A stretch of 64,000 nt of DNA from Candidatus Hadarchaeota archaeon (GCA_964384105.1 CAYLJV010000001.1:348900-412899); one strand, 5' to 3'. Shown: positions 9,078-19,292, numbered from the stretch's first letter. Made by a program: numbers and translations. Notes: generated by a model not told the origin, from the letters alone.

Positions 9078-11986
9078 TCTTCCCCTCCAACTATTTTATT
9101 GATAAAAGACCAAGATCGATAGAATTTGGTGTAATCTCCCCTTCCTACGTCATGTGAGCTGTATTTTGCGAATTCGAAGATATGAATTAAAGCTTCGAGT
9201 TCTCCTAGATTTGCACTTCCTATTTCGCTGATCTTTTTCCTAAGATCACTTGAGGTTGCTCCTGCTTTCAAGTCGTCGAAACTCTCCGATAATCGGTCAA
9301 ATATATAGTTGAAAAGGGTTTCTATTTCCTCTTTATATTCGACTATTCTGATATCTTGAGTTACTACAATGCTCTTTTCGTCTATTTGGGCATGTATTAC
9401 TATCTGATGTTTTTCTTTCTTCTTGAAAGTGTGAGTTAATTTTAGATCTTTCTTCGAACCCGATTTTCTTTTTTTATCATCTATGTATACTTTTATCTTG
9501 TTTTTCTCGGAAAACTCATTTTTTTCTTTATAACGGATTAGGATTTCTAAAGGTTCATTAACTTCCCAGACCTTTGGTAAATCCTTTTCTATTTGGGGGA
9601 ATTCTATTTTTATTGGATCTTCTTTATTATTTCTCTTTTCAAAAATCTCTTTATCGAATTTTTTTTCTTTACTAAATTCTTGAGGAGTTTTATTTTCTTC
9701 AGACTCCCTTCTCAAAGCGATACTTCCTATTGCAAGTACCACTATTATGATTCCTAAAATAGCCCAAGGTACGATTTTTTGTGAAGTAGTGGGTGAGCTA
9801 ACTAGGAAGTTTCCATCCGTTTCTGATGAGAGATGAAACCCTTGTTTTGGGAAAATCAGTTTGAATGAGAAGTTATTCTTTTCATATTCTTTAGGTAGAC
9901 TTATTTCGAAGGAAGCCTTTCCGCCTTCTTTAGTTACTTTGTTTATTTCGTTTTCTTGGTTGTAAGAGAGTAGAATTTTCTCTCCAGCTATAGGTTCTCC
10001 GAGCTTATTTGTAATTAAAGCATTTATCTCAAATTTCTCGCCTAGAGTAGCTTCTCCGTTTTTACTGTAGGTGATCCGTGTTTCCTCGTATACGAATATT
10101 TCTTCTGATTTAGAGAATCCCCTTTCCGATAATCTAAAGGTTATATCCTTCTTACCTAAACCTAGAGATTCGGGAACGGTAAATTCTACAAAAAACTCTC
10201 CATTTTCTTCGCTCCTTGTCGTCGCCACAACTTGATTTTCTAAAACGATCTCTAGTTTTTCGTTCTCTTTTACTGTTTGTCCAAAAATTCTGACTTCCTT
10301 TCCTTTTACGAAATAGTTTTCGATTCCGGAATCAATTCTAATTAGAGAGACTTCCGTAGAAAGACTGGCTTTGCTTTCTTCGTAAAATCCTGTACCATTA
10401 AACTCTGCTTCCAACTGATAATTTCCAGTTTTAGAGATTGATTCTTCGATTTCAAAATGGCCATCTAAGTATGTATTCAAAAACCAGTTTTTTTCTCCTA
10501 GAGAAAGTTCTATTGTTTGTAAACCTAATTTTTCTTCAGCTGGAATTTCTTTTAGTTTTCCTTTAATAGAAAATTTTTCACCTGCCAAAATTGAATCTGG
10601 AGCAGAGATTGAAATTTCAGTTTTTGAAAAGATTTTTACTTTAGAATTTTTTCCTGTATCAAGTAGCCCTTGTTTTATCGCTTCTTGTTCTAGTATGGTA
10701 TATCGAGTAAATGGTCTATAACTTCTGGAACTCTTGTAGATTCCGCTAGATAGCGACTGAGCTATTATCCAATGATAGCCCACGTCAATGTTTTCATCTA
10801 TTTTACACCTTATGTTAAAAGTCCCTTCGTTATCCGTAGTTCCCATTCTTATATCTATATCCTCTGATTCCCGTTTTTCCTTGAGGTAGATTCGTACCCT
10901 CATGTTTTTCAGAGGATTTCCGTTTCCGTCTTTAACACTTCCCTGGACTTTTATGTGTTCTCCTTTTATTCCGACATTATCGAACTCATCGATTACGGTG
11001 GAAGTTGATATTTTGTTTTCCGAATTGGGGGAGCTTGGAGTAGCGTCAAAAGATATCCAGCCAATATTTTCAAATGGTACTTCAGCTATTAGATGACTTT
11101 GATCTGAGTTAACGATTTGGTATTTCTCGTTAGGATCTAAACTGAAACCATATACTACTCTTGATGGGATTCCAACAGATCTTGACAAAATAACGAAAGC
11201 AGAATTAAAGTTTGCACAGACGCCTTTTTTTTCATTGAATAAGAACCAGTGAACGGGGTCACGATCCGGTGGGGCCCTCTCGTAACCTGAATCGTAGGTA
11301 TAAGTTTTCTTTAGATAGTTCTCAATTGCCTTCGCTTTTGCGTAAGGATTTTCTATTTTTTCTGTTATTTTTCGTGCAAGTTCTTTTGTGTTTTCCGTGA
11401 TGCTCTCGGATAATTGAAAATATTGCGGGTTTTTTGAGAGGTTTCCCGATTTTAATATTTCTTCACTGTGTGAGTAAACATCGTAATAAACCCTATACGA
11501 GTGTTTGAAGATCTCAGGTGTTGTGAATGTTTCTTTTTCGGAATGGTATCTTAGATTCTCCAGATTTTCTATCCGATAGGTTCTATAAAAAATTGGGACG
11601 AAATTACTAACAGGGATTAGTGGAGTGATGGTAGATATATGGGGCTCTGAAAAATCCTTATTTACTCTCGCTAGTTCGTTATTTTCGTAGTATAGTTCAC
11701 CTTCATCACTATTCTCTATTTTCCATGTTTGCCCATTGTATGTTTCGCCCACAGCTATTCGCATAAAGTTTCTTCCTGTAGGGCCACGAATTTCAAAGAG
11801 CGGAAAAGGGGAGGGGATACTCCCTTCAACGGAAATTTCACCTTCTGTAGAAATAGATTTCAGAGACAGATCCTTTTCTTCGTCTTCTGTATCAAAAGTG
11901 GCTATTATATCGAAGGTTGCAACAAGGCTGGAAGCTGCACCCAATATGATGATAATTGCAATTAAGCTTTTTATCCACTCTTTCAA
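9074..11986 (-). CDS. Transglutaminase-like (TgpA-type) surface protein with Ig-like repeats and C-terminal membrane anchor
   Basis: KGVCANFNSAFVILSRSVGIPSRVVYG (Cys), SHLIAEV (His) and WISFDATP (Asp). N-terminal and late TM helices. Confidence 0.85.
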   Translation of the reverse strand: MKEWIKSLIAIIIILGAASSLVATFDIIATFDTEDEEKDLSLKSISTEGEISVEGSIPSPFPLFEIRGPTGRNFMRIAVGETYNGQTWKIENSDEGELYYENNELARVNKDFSEPHISTITPLIPVSNFVPIFYRTYRIENLENLRYHSEKETFTTPEIFKHSYRVYYDVYSHSEEILKSGNLSKNPQYFQLSESITENTKELARKITEKIENPYAKAKAIENYLKKTYTYDSGYERAPPDRDPVHWFLFNEKKGVCANFNSAFVILSRSVGIPSRVVYGFSLDPNEKYQIVNSDQSHLIAEVPFENIGWISFDATPSSPNSENKISTSTVIDEFDNVGIKGEHIKVQGSVKDGNGNPLKNMRVRIYLKEKRESEDIDIRMGTTDNEGTFNIRCKIDENIDVGYHWIIAQSLSSGIYKSSRSYRPFTRYTILEQEAIKQGLLDTGKNSKVKIFSKTEISISAPDSILAGEKFSIKGKLKEIPAEEKLGLQTIELSLGEKNWFLNTYLDGHFEIEESISKTGNYQLEAEFNGTGFYEESKASLSTEVSLIRIDSGIENYFVKGKEVRIFGQTVKENEKLEIVLENQVVATTRSEENGEFFVEFTVPESLGLGKKDITFRLSERGFSKSEEIFVYEETRITYSKNGEATLGEKFEINALITNKLGEPIAGEKILLSYNQENEINKVTKEGGKASFEISLPKEYEKNNFSFKLIFPKQGFHLSSETDGNFLVSSPTTSQKIVPWAILGIIIVVLAIGSIALRRESEENKTPQEFSKEKKFDKEIFEKRNNKEDPIKIEFPQIEKDLPKVWEVNEPLEILIRYKEKNEFSEKNKIKVYIDDKKRKSGSKKDLKLTHTFKKKEKHQIVIHAQIDEKSIVVTQDIRIVEYKEEIETLFNYIFDRLSESFDDLKAGATSSDLRKKISEIGSANLGELEALIHIFEFAKYSSHDVGRGDYTKFYRSWSFINKIVGGEE

Positions 11987-12091
11987 GTAACTCCCCCCTC
12001 ACAAAAGGGCTTAGTTTTACTTACTTCTTAACGGACTAATATTACTTCTACTTTTAGTTGAGCTGATTGGAAGTGTGCTGAGTAACTGTAA

Positions 12092-12901
12092 TTAACTGTT
12101 TTTTGAGTTGATTTTATTCAAGAATTTCTTTAAGGATTCTATCCAGTCCTGAGGCACATATTGGCCGATTCCTTCCTCGTCGAGATAGTAAATCTGTCCG
12201 TTTTTCTTTCCGAAATTAGAATGTTTAAGGTCTATGCCGTGATAGCCTTTAGTGTAAGATTTTTCTACTAATTCTAGGATCTTCTTAAGATCATCTAATT
12301 TTATTTCAGATGCCTTCAGGGGCTTAATAAACTCGTAAAAGTTTACTACAATCTCTTTTCCGTTACTTTTAGTTATTAACATCCCGTAATATTTTGGAAG
12401 GAAGTCGAGTTGTTGGCGGAGTTCAATTTGATACTTTCGTCTTCTCTCAGCCTCTTTTATTCCTCCCCCTTTTATTTTTAAAACATAATCTTTAAATTTC
12501 CAAACCTCTGTAAAAGCGGATTTGAGGGACTCTTTTTTGCTTAAAATTTCGACTTCGTTATTCGGAGCATATTTTTTTGCTATTTTTGGGTCGGATAGTA
12601 TTTCATGATTTTTGAAAATCTCTTTGAGTAAGTTTCTTTTTTCCTCCTGATTCTCACAGGATCCATCCAAAAGCAGAATGGGGGTCTTTTTTCCCATACC
12701 TCCGATTTTATTAAATAATTCGATACCGTCCGTATTTTCGTTTTCGTATTCTGATATTATCACATCGTAATTGTTTTTATCGATTCTCTTCAGTCCTTCC
12801 TTGGGTGAATTGACAGTTTCTACGACTAAGCTCTCTTTTCTTTGTCCTATTTTATCTGGATCTATTAAGCTGCTGTTTCCGTCTATTAATAGGATCTTCA
12901 A
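12092..12901 (-). CDS. Receiver-like domain fused to an atypical protein-kinase-like domain
   Basis: MKILLIDG...YDVIISEY...DGIELF (REC-like). C-terminal YVLK, HGIDLKHSNF and IYYLDEEG. Confidence 0.65.
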   Translation of the reverse strand: MKILLIDGNSSLIDPDKIGQRKESLVVETVNSPKEGLKRIDKNNYDVIISEYENENTDGIELFNKIGGMGKKTPILLLDGSCENQEEKRNLLKEIFKNHEILSDPKIAKKYAPNNEVEILSKKESLKSAFTEVWKFKDYVLKIKGGGIKEAERRRKYQIELRQQLDFLPKYYGMLITKSNGKEIVVNFYEFIKPLKASEIKLDDLKKILELVEKSYTKGYHGIDLKHSNFGKKNGQIYYLDEEGIGQYVPQDWIESLKKFLNKINSKNS

Positions 12902-13059
12902 TTTACTCCCTCATTAGTTCTATGCTCATATCTACTTGTTGAAGCCTTTTGATGCTGGTTGTTGGCTTTTACTGTGGTCGCTAATTAAATTATGACAGAT
13001 GTTGCAACTGTTTTTGACTAGTTAGATCAATTTCTGTTCTGAAGCGGCTCCAAATAAAA

Positions 13060-14385
13060 CTAAATATAGTCCTTTCTTTTTTCTATTAGTCTTTCGGCGT
13101 TTGTCTGATGCTTATCAATTAATTGATCCAAGTTGAATGTTTTCAACTGTTTTTGTTCAACAATTATTTTTCCATCTACTATGACTGTTTCTACCGCACT
13201 TTCTGGAGCCACATAGACTAGATGTTGATACACGTTAGAGTGGTTTCCTGTGAATAATGGCCTTAAACTAGGGGTTCTTAAATCCAATAGAACGATGTCC
13301 GCTTTTTTCCCTTTTTCTAGGGAGCCTATTTGGTCTTCCATTCCTAGGGCTTTTGCTCCATTGATTGTTGCCATTTCAAAAACTTTTTGGGAGGGCATTT
13401 TTGAAGCATCTAGAAATTTTGCTTTCTGTGCCAATGACGCAAATTTCATAGTTTCGAACATATTTACATTATTATTACAAGGTGCATCATCCGGCCCAAG
13501 ACCTACATTTACTCCGAGTTTCAATAGTTCTGTCACTGGAGCAATTCCATTTCCCAGTTTCATATTTGAAACTGGACAATGTGCCACGTTTGTTCCTGTT
13601 TCTGCGTAAATTTTCTTTTCTGCGTCCGAGAGCCAGACGCAGTGTGCGGCGATAACGTCGGTTCCCAGTAATCCTAATTCGTGAGCTAGTTCTGTAGGTC
13701 TTTTCCCATGTTTTTTCAAGCAAGCTTCTACTTCGTCTTTTCCCTCGTTTAGATGTATATGGATGCCTGTATTATACTTGTCAGCTAATTCTCTAGTTTT
13801 TCTGATAAGCTCTTCGGAAGAAATAAGTATCCATTCATTTCCAAACCAGATTTTTATTCTCCCGTTCGACAGCCCATCTTTCTTCTTAAAGGCTCTTTCG
13901 TTATCTTCTAAGCTCTCTAAGTCTTTTACTAAATCGCCTATTGTGCTAGATAGAATTGCCCTTATGCCAATTTCTTCGGCAGCTTCTGCACAAGCTTCGA
14001 GTTTAATATACATATCGTTTGCAGTAGTGGTACCAGATAAAAGTGCCTCGGCATAGGCTATAGCAGCCGAATAATAAACGTCTTCATTTTCCATAGCTCT
14101 AAGCATTGGGTAATATATTTTTTCAAGCCACTCTTCAAGTCCCATATGTTCTCCTACGCCTCGTGACATGTTATCTGAATGGAAATGTAGACTGATTAAA
14201 CCGGGGATAATAAGCTTGTTTTTTGCGTTTATTCTAATGTCCGTGTTGTGTTTTTTCCTCATTTGTTCGGTTTTACCAATGTCAACGATTTTGTTTCCTT
14301 CTATGACTATGGTACCGTCTTTGAGAATTTCCCTTTCGGGATTCATTGTTACAATAATACCGTTTTCAATACTTTTTTTCTCCAA
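13060..14385 (-). CDS. Amidohydrolase, SAH/MTA deaminase-like (paralog 1)
   Basis: PGLISLHFH, SGTTT, HIHLNE, AHCVW, HCPVSNMKLG, GLGPD and GSLEKGKKAD. Confidence 0.9.
   Translation of the reverse strand: MEKKSIENGIIVTMNPEREILKDGTIVIEGNKIVDIGKTEQMRKKHNTDIRINAKNKLIIPGLISLHFHSDNMSRGVGEHMGLEEWLEKIYYPMLRAMENEDVYYSAAIAYAEALLSGTTTANDMYIKLEACAEAAEEIGIRAILSSTIGDLVKDLESLEDNERAFKKKDGLSNGRIKIWFGNEWILISSEELIRKTRELADKYNTGIHIHLNEGKDEVEACLKKHGKRPTELAHELGLLGTDVIAAHCVWLSDAEKKIYAETGTNVAHCPVSNMKLGNGIAPVTELLKLGVNVGLGPDDAPCNNNVNMFETMKFASLAQKAKFLDASKMPSQKVFEMATINGAKALGMEDQIGSLEKGKKADIVLLDLRTPSLRPLFTGNHSNVYQHLVYVAPESAVETVIVDGKIIVEQKQLKTFNLDQLIDKHQTNAERLIEKRKDYI
14212..14376. repeat. 165-bp block near-identical to 17553-17717 (5' ends of amidohydrolase paralogs 1 and 2)
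   Basis: Manual alignment at offset 3341: 4 mismatches in 165 nt. Confidence 0.9.
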
Positions 14386-14464
14386 TTTTATCCTCTACAA
14401 AAATTAACTAAGAAGTTAGAAAAATAAAAAAATAAAAAAGCAAGTTATTCATCCCGTACGATTC

Positions 14465-15535
14465 CTATTCTTCCCACGTGGTCTTGTTAGTGGGTTCTAC
14501 CGTCCCATCAATAATTTTCTCTCTTAAATCCTCGATGTATTCTTTTACTTCATCCGAAACCATGTTTCCCCAAGTAGGTACGTCCAATGACCTATCTTCT
14601 AGATTTAACATCATCTGAGCTTGTTCTTCTCTGAATTCTTCAAATCGTCCTTCTGTGATAGCGCTTAGAACTTCATCCAGTGGCTTCTCCCAATCCCATA
14701 TACCGCAACCAATTAGAGTTTCAGGATAAAACTCCACGATATCTCTGTATTGCATAATTGTGTACATACCTCTTGTTTCTGCTTCCTTTGTTGCTGCGTA
14801 ATCATCTTGGTTAACAAACACTATGTCAATTCCTTGTTCATCGAAACTAGCAACAGTATCTCTGCTTTTCATTGGATCAGAATATGCATCCATTACTACT
14901 TGAGTAACTTCAACATCCGGGTTTGCGTATTCCGCGCCACCTTTGAAAGCATTGGATACAACTCGGTAGCTTCTAGGTCCAGCTATGGCCAATAGAATTC
15001 CTAGCTTATTTGTTTCAGTTATTCTTCCGGCGGCTGCCCCAAGGAGATAGTTTATTTTGTAGGCATTAAGAGCGTTAAGTGCCACTACGTTTGAGGGGAA
15101 TTCATCTTCTTCCAATATGTCTGATTCCCATTCTTGTATAAAGTAGGTATCTGGGTAGTTGGGGGCAACTGTCTTTACGGCTTCGCTAAACTCATCAGTT
15201 TCAACGTAAACTATTTCGTATTTATCTGCTGCATTTCTAATGACTTGCTCAACATCTCTTAGACCAGTTTCTTCTATCCAATGTATTTCTAGATTATATT
15301 TACCTTGTAGTGACTCAATAGCATCAGCATGGCTAGGTGACCATACTCCTTCATCGTGGTGCCACCACATTACGACTCCGATTTCTAGAGGTCCAGATGG
15401 AGTACCGCCATTTCCTTCAGAGTCGGAAGGGGCGATCATATAACCAATTCCGGTACCAGCGGCGATTCCTACTACGAAGACTACTATCATTAGCACGGTA
15501 GTAGTACGGGCTATTCCTTTGTTTGTTTCGAAAAT
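14465..15535 (-). CDS. BMP/PnrA-family ABC substrate-binding protein, probably with class III signal peptide and ATT start
   Basis: BMP-like periplasmic-binding fold (GAAAGRITETNKLG, AFKGGAEYANP, GIDIVF). Frame is open upstream of GTG 15496 to ATT 15535, giving FETNKG/IARTTTVLMIVVFVVG. Confidence 0.82.
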   Translation of the reverse strand: MFETNKGIARTTTVLMIVVFVVGIAAGTGIGYMIAPSDSEGNGGTPSGPLEIGVVMWWHHDEGVWSPSHADAIESLQGKYNLEIHWIEETGLRDVEQVIRNAADKYEIVYVETDEFSEAVKTVAPNYPDTYFIQEWESDILEEDEFPSNVVALNALNAYKINYLLGAAAGRITETNKLGILLAIAGPRSYRVVSNAFKGGAEYANPDVEVTQVVMDAYSDPMKSRDTVASFDEQGIDIVFVNQDDYAATKEAETRGMYTIMQYRDIVEFYPETLIGCGIWDWEKPLDEVLSAITEGRFEEFREEQAQMMLNLEDRSLDVPTWGNMVSDEVKEYIEDLREKIIDGTVEPTNKTTWEE

Positions 15536-15730
15536 AGCTTATCCCCTTCTTTATATGATAATGTAACTTAAATAAAGTTTTTGTTAGCTTCTAAACTTTT
15601 ATTTTTAAATAAAAGGGTTTAAATCATTTCTAATAGTTATTTGGCCAATAGATTTATCTTAGGTCTATAAAGAAAGATTTAATTATCTTTATTATTTATA
15701 TATTCTTAAAATTGTTTTCAATAGCTGAGA

Positions 15731-16330
15731 GTGATTAAGATGGTTGTCAGCTCCGATATACAAAGTTTAATACAAGACTTTAGGAAATCAAAGTACTTTG
15801 AAGATGTCGTAGGTCAAAATTACGCATGTTTCGTGGTTTCATCAACGTTTAAAGAAAAGTTAATATATTTGGATGGAGCAGAATTTAAAGAAGAATTTAC
15901 GAGTTTACTTAATAATTATACAATGATTAGGCCAGAAATTTTTAAATCAGTATTTTCAGCTAATAAAACAGAAAAAATAAAGAAATTGGTCGCTCAAATT
16001 TCTACGGACGCTAAATCGCCAAAAGAAATTTTAAATCCCTTAGTAGAACTTGAGCAATCGAGCCTTCACTTTGGATCGTATCTTTTGTCTATTTTCACTG
16101 AGGGGGAGTTCATTGTATTTCATGAAGAGGTTTTCAAAGGTTTAAAGGAAATCTTCCCACGAATATGTGAACGGTGGTTGGGTATAGAAATGGCTAGAGA
16201 GGTCGATGATTATTTCATGTTTAATAATGTCTGCAAAAACATAATGTACATTTATGGATTCAAAACAATGTCCGAGGTTCACGAATTTCTTTTTCACGGA
16301 CAAGATACTGATTGGGATTTTAATAAATAA
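15731..16330 (+). CDS. Hypothetical protein (199 aa)
   Basis: Long ORF with protein-like composition, convergent with amidohydrolase 2; no motif recognised. Confidence 0.6.
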   Translation: MIKMVVSSDIQSLIQDFRKSKYFEDVVGQNYACFVVSSTFKEKLIYLDGAEFKEEFTSLLNNYTMIRPEIFKSVFSANKTEKIKKLVAQISTDAKSPKEILNPLVELEQSSLHFGSYLLSIFTEGEFIVFHEEVFKGLKEIFPRICERWLGIEMAREVDDYFMFNNVCKNIMYIYGFKTMSEVHEFLFHGQDTDWDFNK

Positions 16331-16388
16331 AATCTTACAATTTTTGATCCTTTTTTCTATCCTATAATGTTTTTAAGTTTGATTTTAT

Positions 16389-17726
16389 CTATAGCGGTAT
16401 TTCTTTAATGTAGTCTTTTCTTCTTTCTAGGATTTTTTTGGATTTGATTTGGTGTTCTTCTAGTGTGTTGTGGAGGTTTATTGTTTTCAAGGTTTTATTC
16501 TCGACTATGGTTTTGCCGTCTACAATTACGGTGTGGACTGCGTTTGTGGGTGAGGAGTATATTAGGTTTTGGTAAATGTTGGAGTAGTCCGATAGGTGTA
16601 TTGGTCTTAGGTTTGGTGTTTCTAGGTCGAGTAGGACGATGTCTGCTTTTTTTCCTTTTTCTAGGGAGCCTATTTGGCCTTCCATTCCTAGAGCTTTTGC
16701 TCCATTGATTGTTGCCATCTCAAAGACCTTTTCAGCCATCATTTGTTTTGCATCAAAGTGAATTGCTTTTTGCATAAGCGAGGCGAATTTCATTGTCTCG
16801 AACATGTGAAAGGTGTCGTTGCAGGCTGCGTCGTCCGTTCCTAGTCCAATATTCACTCCGAGTTTTGATAGGTCGGGGATTGAGGCGATTCCATTTCCAA
16901 ATTTTGCATTGGATACTGGGTTATGTGAGATATGCGTTCCGGTTTCTGCGTAAATTTTCTTTTCCGCGTCTGAAAGCCAAACGCAGTGTGCGGCGACAAC
17001 GTCGGTTCCCAGTAATCCTAATTCATGGGCTAGTTCGGTGGGTCTTTTCCCATGTTTTTTCAAGCAAGCTTTTACTTCTCCTGAAGATTCGTTAAGATGG
17101 ATATGAATACCTGTGTTGTGTTTGTCTGCGAGGTTTCTTGCTTTTATTAAAAATTCTCTGGAGCTGATTGGTAACCATTCGACTCCAAACCAGACTTTGA
17201 TCCTGTCACTGAATTTTTCGCATTTTTTTAAGGCTTTTTCATTATCTTCCAAAGTTGGTTGATCCTCGAGAGAATCGCTTGCCTCACTGGCGAGAACAGT
17301 TCTCATTCCTATATCCTCGGCTGCCTCGGCGAGTTTAACAATGTAATGATACATCCCATTTATCGTGGTCGTTCCAGTGAGGAGGGATTCTGCGTATGCT
17401 GTAACAGCTGATAGATAGGCATCTTTTGGTTCCATCGCAGAAAGATAGGGATAGAGTATGTTTTGGGCCCACTCTTCAAGACTCATATGCTCTCCGATTC
17501 CCCTAATCATGTTTCCAGGATGGAAATGAAGATTTACTAGACCTGGGATAACAAGCTTGTTTTTTGCATTTATTCTAATGTCCGTGTTGTGTTTTTTCCT
17601 CATTTGTTCGGTTTTACCAATGTCAATGATTTTGTTTCCTTCTATGACTATGGTACCGTCTTTGAGAATCTTCCTTTCGGGATTCATTGTTACAATAATA
17701 CCGTTTTCAATACTTTTGTTCTTCAA
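16389..17726 (-). CDS. Amidohydrolase, SAH/MTA deaminase-like (paralog 2)
   Basis: PGLVNLHFH, TGTTT, HIHLNE, AHCVW, HNPVSNAKFG and GLGTD. Confidence 0.9.
   Translation of the reverse strand: MKNKSIENGIIVTMNPERKILKDGTIVIEGNKIIDIGKTEQMRKKHNTDIRINAKNKLVIPGLVNLHFHPGNMIRGIGEHMSLEEWAQNILYPYLSAMEPKDAYLSAVTAYAESLLTGTTTINGMYHYIVKLAEAAEDIGMRTVLASEASDSLEDQPTLEDNEKALKKCEKFSDRIKVWFGVEWLPISSREFLIKARNLADKHNTGIHIHLNESSGEVKACLKKHGKRPTELAHELGLLGTDVVAAHCVWLSDAEKKIYAETGTHISHNPVSNAKFGNGIASIPDLSKLGVNIGLGTDDAACNDTFHMFETMKFASLMQKAIHFDAKQMMAEKVFEMATINGAKALGMEGQIGSLEKGKKADIVLLDLETPNLRPIHLSDYSNIYQNLIYSSPTNAVHTVIVDGKTIVENKTLKTINLHNTLEEHQIKSKKILERRKDYIKEIPL
17553..17717. repeat. Partner of the 14212-14376 near-identical block
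   Basis: 161/165 identical by manual alignment. Confidence 0.9.
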
Positions 17727-17978
17727 TTGATACCCTTGGTCTCTTATCCGTAACTAATACTAGATAAATGTATTTTTACAAAAAGAAATGATTTTTATAT
17801 TTCTCACTATCTTGTGTTAGTTTTTACTCAATTTTTAGAAAAGTAATCGTTTTGGATTTTATAAGTTATCAGATCTTACAGAAAAGATATTTATTAAAAA
17901 CAAATAAGTATTGTTAATCTTTTTAATACATTTAAGAACAACAAGTTGTATTAATCAACATTATTTTTTACGTAAAGT

Positions 17979-19115
17979 TTAGTTACCTTTTTCTAGAATG
18001 TTTTGTAAAATGTTTTTATAATCGTTCTTTGTAGTTTTTCTTGGATTTGAAGGTAGAATCGCAGCGCTTTCAACTATTTTATCTATGTTATCTTCATTTA
18101 CCCCAGTTATTTTGAGGTTTTTTGGGATTCCTAGTTCTATTTTTAGCTCTTCAATTGCTTCAATGGCCTTCCTTGCCGCGTCCATTATCGAGATATTTTC
18201 GGTTTTTTTCCCCATAACTTTGGCAATTTTCGCAAATTTTTCGGGTTTCTCCTTTGAATTAAATTCCATTACTTCGGGAAGTAATAAAGCGCACGTGAGT
18301 CCATGTGGTGTGTCGAAGTGTCCCCCAATTGAATGAGCTAGGGCATGAACATTTCCCAGCAATGCGTTTGTCATGGCTATACCCGCTAAGTTACTTGCCA
18401 TCAACATTTTGCTTCTTGCGTCTAGGTTGCTTCCATTACGAGTAACTAGAATTATATTTTTTGATATTAATCTAATAGCTTCTAAGGAAAAAAGATCTGT
18501 GTATGGGTCCGAGAAAGAAGAGACATATGCTTCTATGGCATGAGTTAATGCATCCAACCCTGTATGAGCTGTTATTTTCTTAGGTAGACTCAGCGTCAGT
18601 TTTGGATCTAGAATCGCTGTTTTTGCTGCAAAATGCCAGCTGAGGACAAGCATCTTGTAGTTTCTTTTTGTATCTGTTATTACTGCCCCTCTACTAACCT
18701 CACTACCTGTGCCCGCTGTGGTGGGGACCAGCATTATTGGAGAAGCAGGATATTTTATTTTCTCGATACCTTCGTATTGGTTTATTTTTCCTGGGTTCCT
18801 ACTCATCGCTGCTACGGCTTTTGCAGTATCCATTGAACTTCCCCCTCCTAGACCCACTACAGAATCGCAATTATTTTCTTTAAAAAATTTCAAACCTTTT
18901 GAGATTGTGGTGTCCTTGGGGTTTGGTTCTACTTTGTCGAAGACGGACGTATTAAAATTATTTTCTGTAAGCTCCAAAATTTGTTTCATTATTTCCGTTT
19001 TCGCAATACCTTTATCGGTAACTAGTAGTAGGTTGTGTGCACCAATTTCAGTAAGTTCCTTGTTAATTTCAGAGATTTTACCAGAACCGAATATCAGTTT
19101 CGTAGCGATCTTCAA
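17979..19115 (-). CDS. Iron-containing (group III) alcohol dehydrogenase
   Basis: GLGGGSSMDTAK, PTTAGTGSEV, GLDALTHAIEAY, GNVHALAH and HGLTCA. TTG start after GAGGTGA. Confidence 0.93.
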   Translation of the reverse strand: MKIATKLIFGSGKISEINKELTEIGAHNLLLVTDKGIAKTEIMKQILELTENNFNTSVFDKVEPNPKDTTISKGLKFFKENNCDSVVGLGGGSSMDTAKAVAAMSRNPGKINQYEGIEKIKYPASPIMLVPTTAGTGSEVSRGAVITDTKRNYKMLVLSWHFAAKTAILDPKLTLSLPKKITAHTGLDALTHAIEAYVSSFSDPYTDLFSLEAIRLISKNIILVTRNGSNLDARSKMLMASNLAGIAMTNALLGNVHALAHSIGGHFDTPHGLTCALLLPEVMEFNSKEKPEKFAKIAKVMGKKTENISIMDAARKAIEAIEELKIELGIPKNLKITGVNEDNIDKIVESAAILPSNPRKTTKNDYKNILQNILEKGN

Positions 19116-19292
19116 TTGGTCACCTCTATTTAAAATGGCTACTGTTCAAATATTTAAGGTCTTGCTATTGACTTAGATTTAATCAAGCGATTTAAGATAG
19201 CATTAAAGTAATTGAAAGATGATATTCTTAAAATCTATTCAGGATTAATTATTTCGACAATTATATTTCTTTTTTTCTAGGAAAATCTATAT

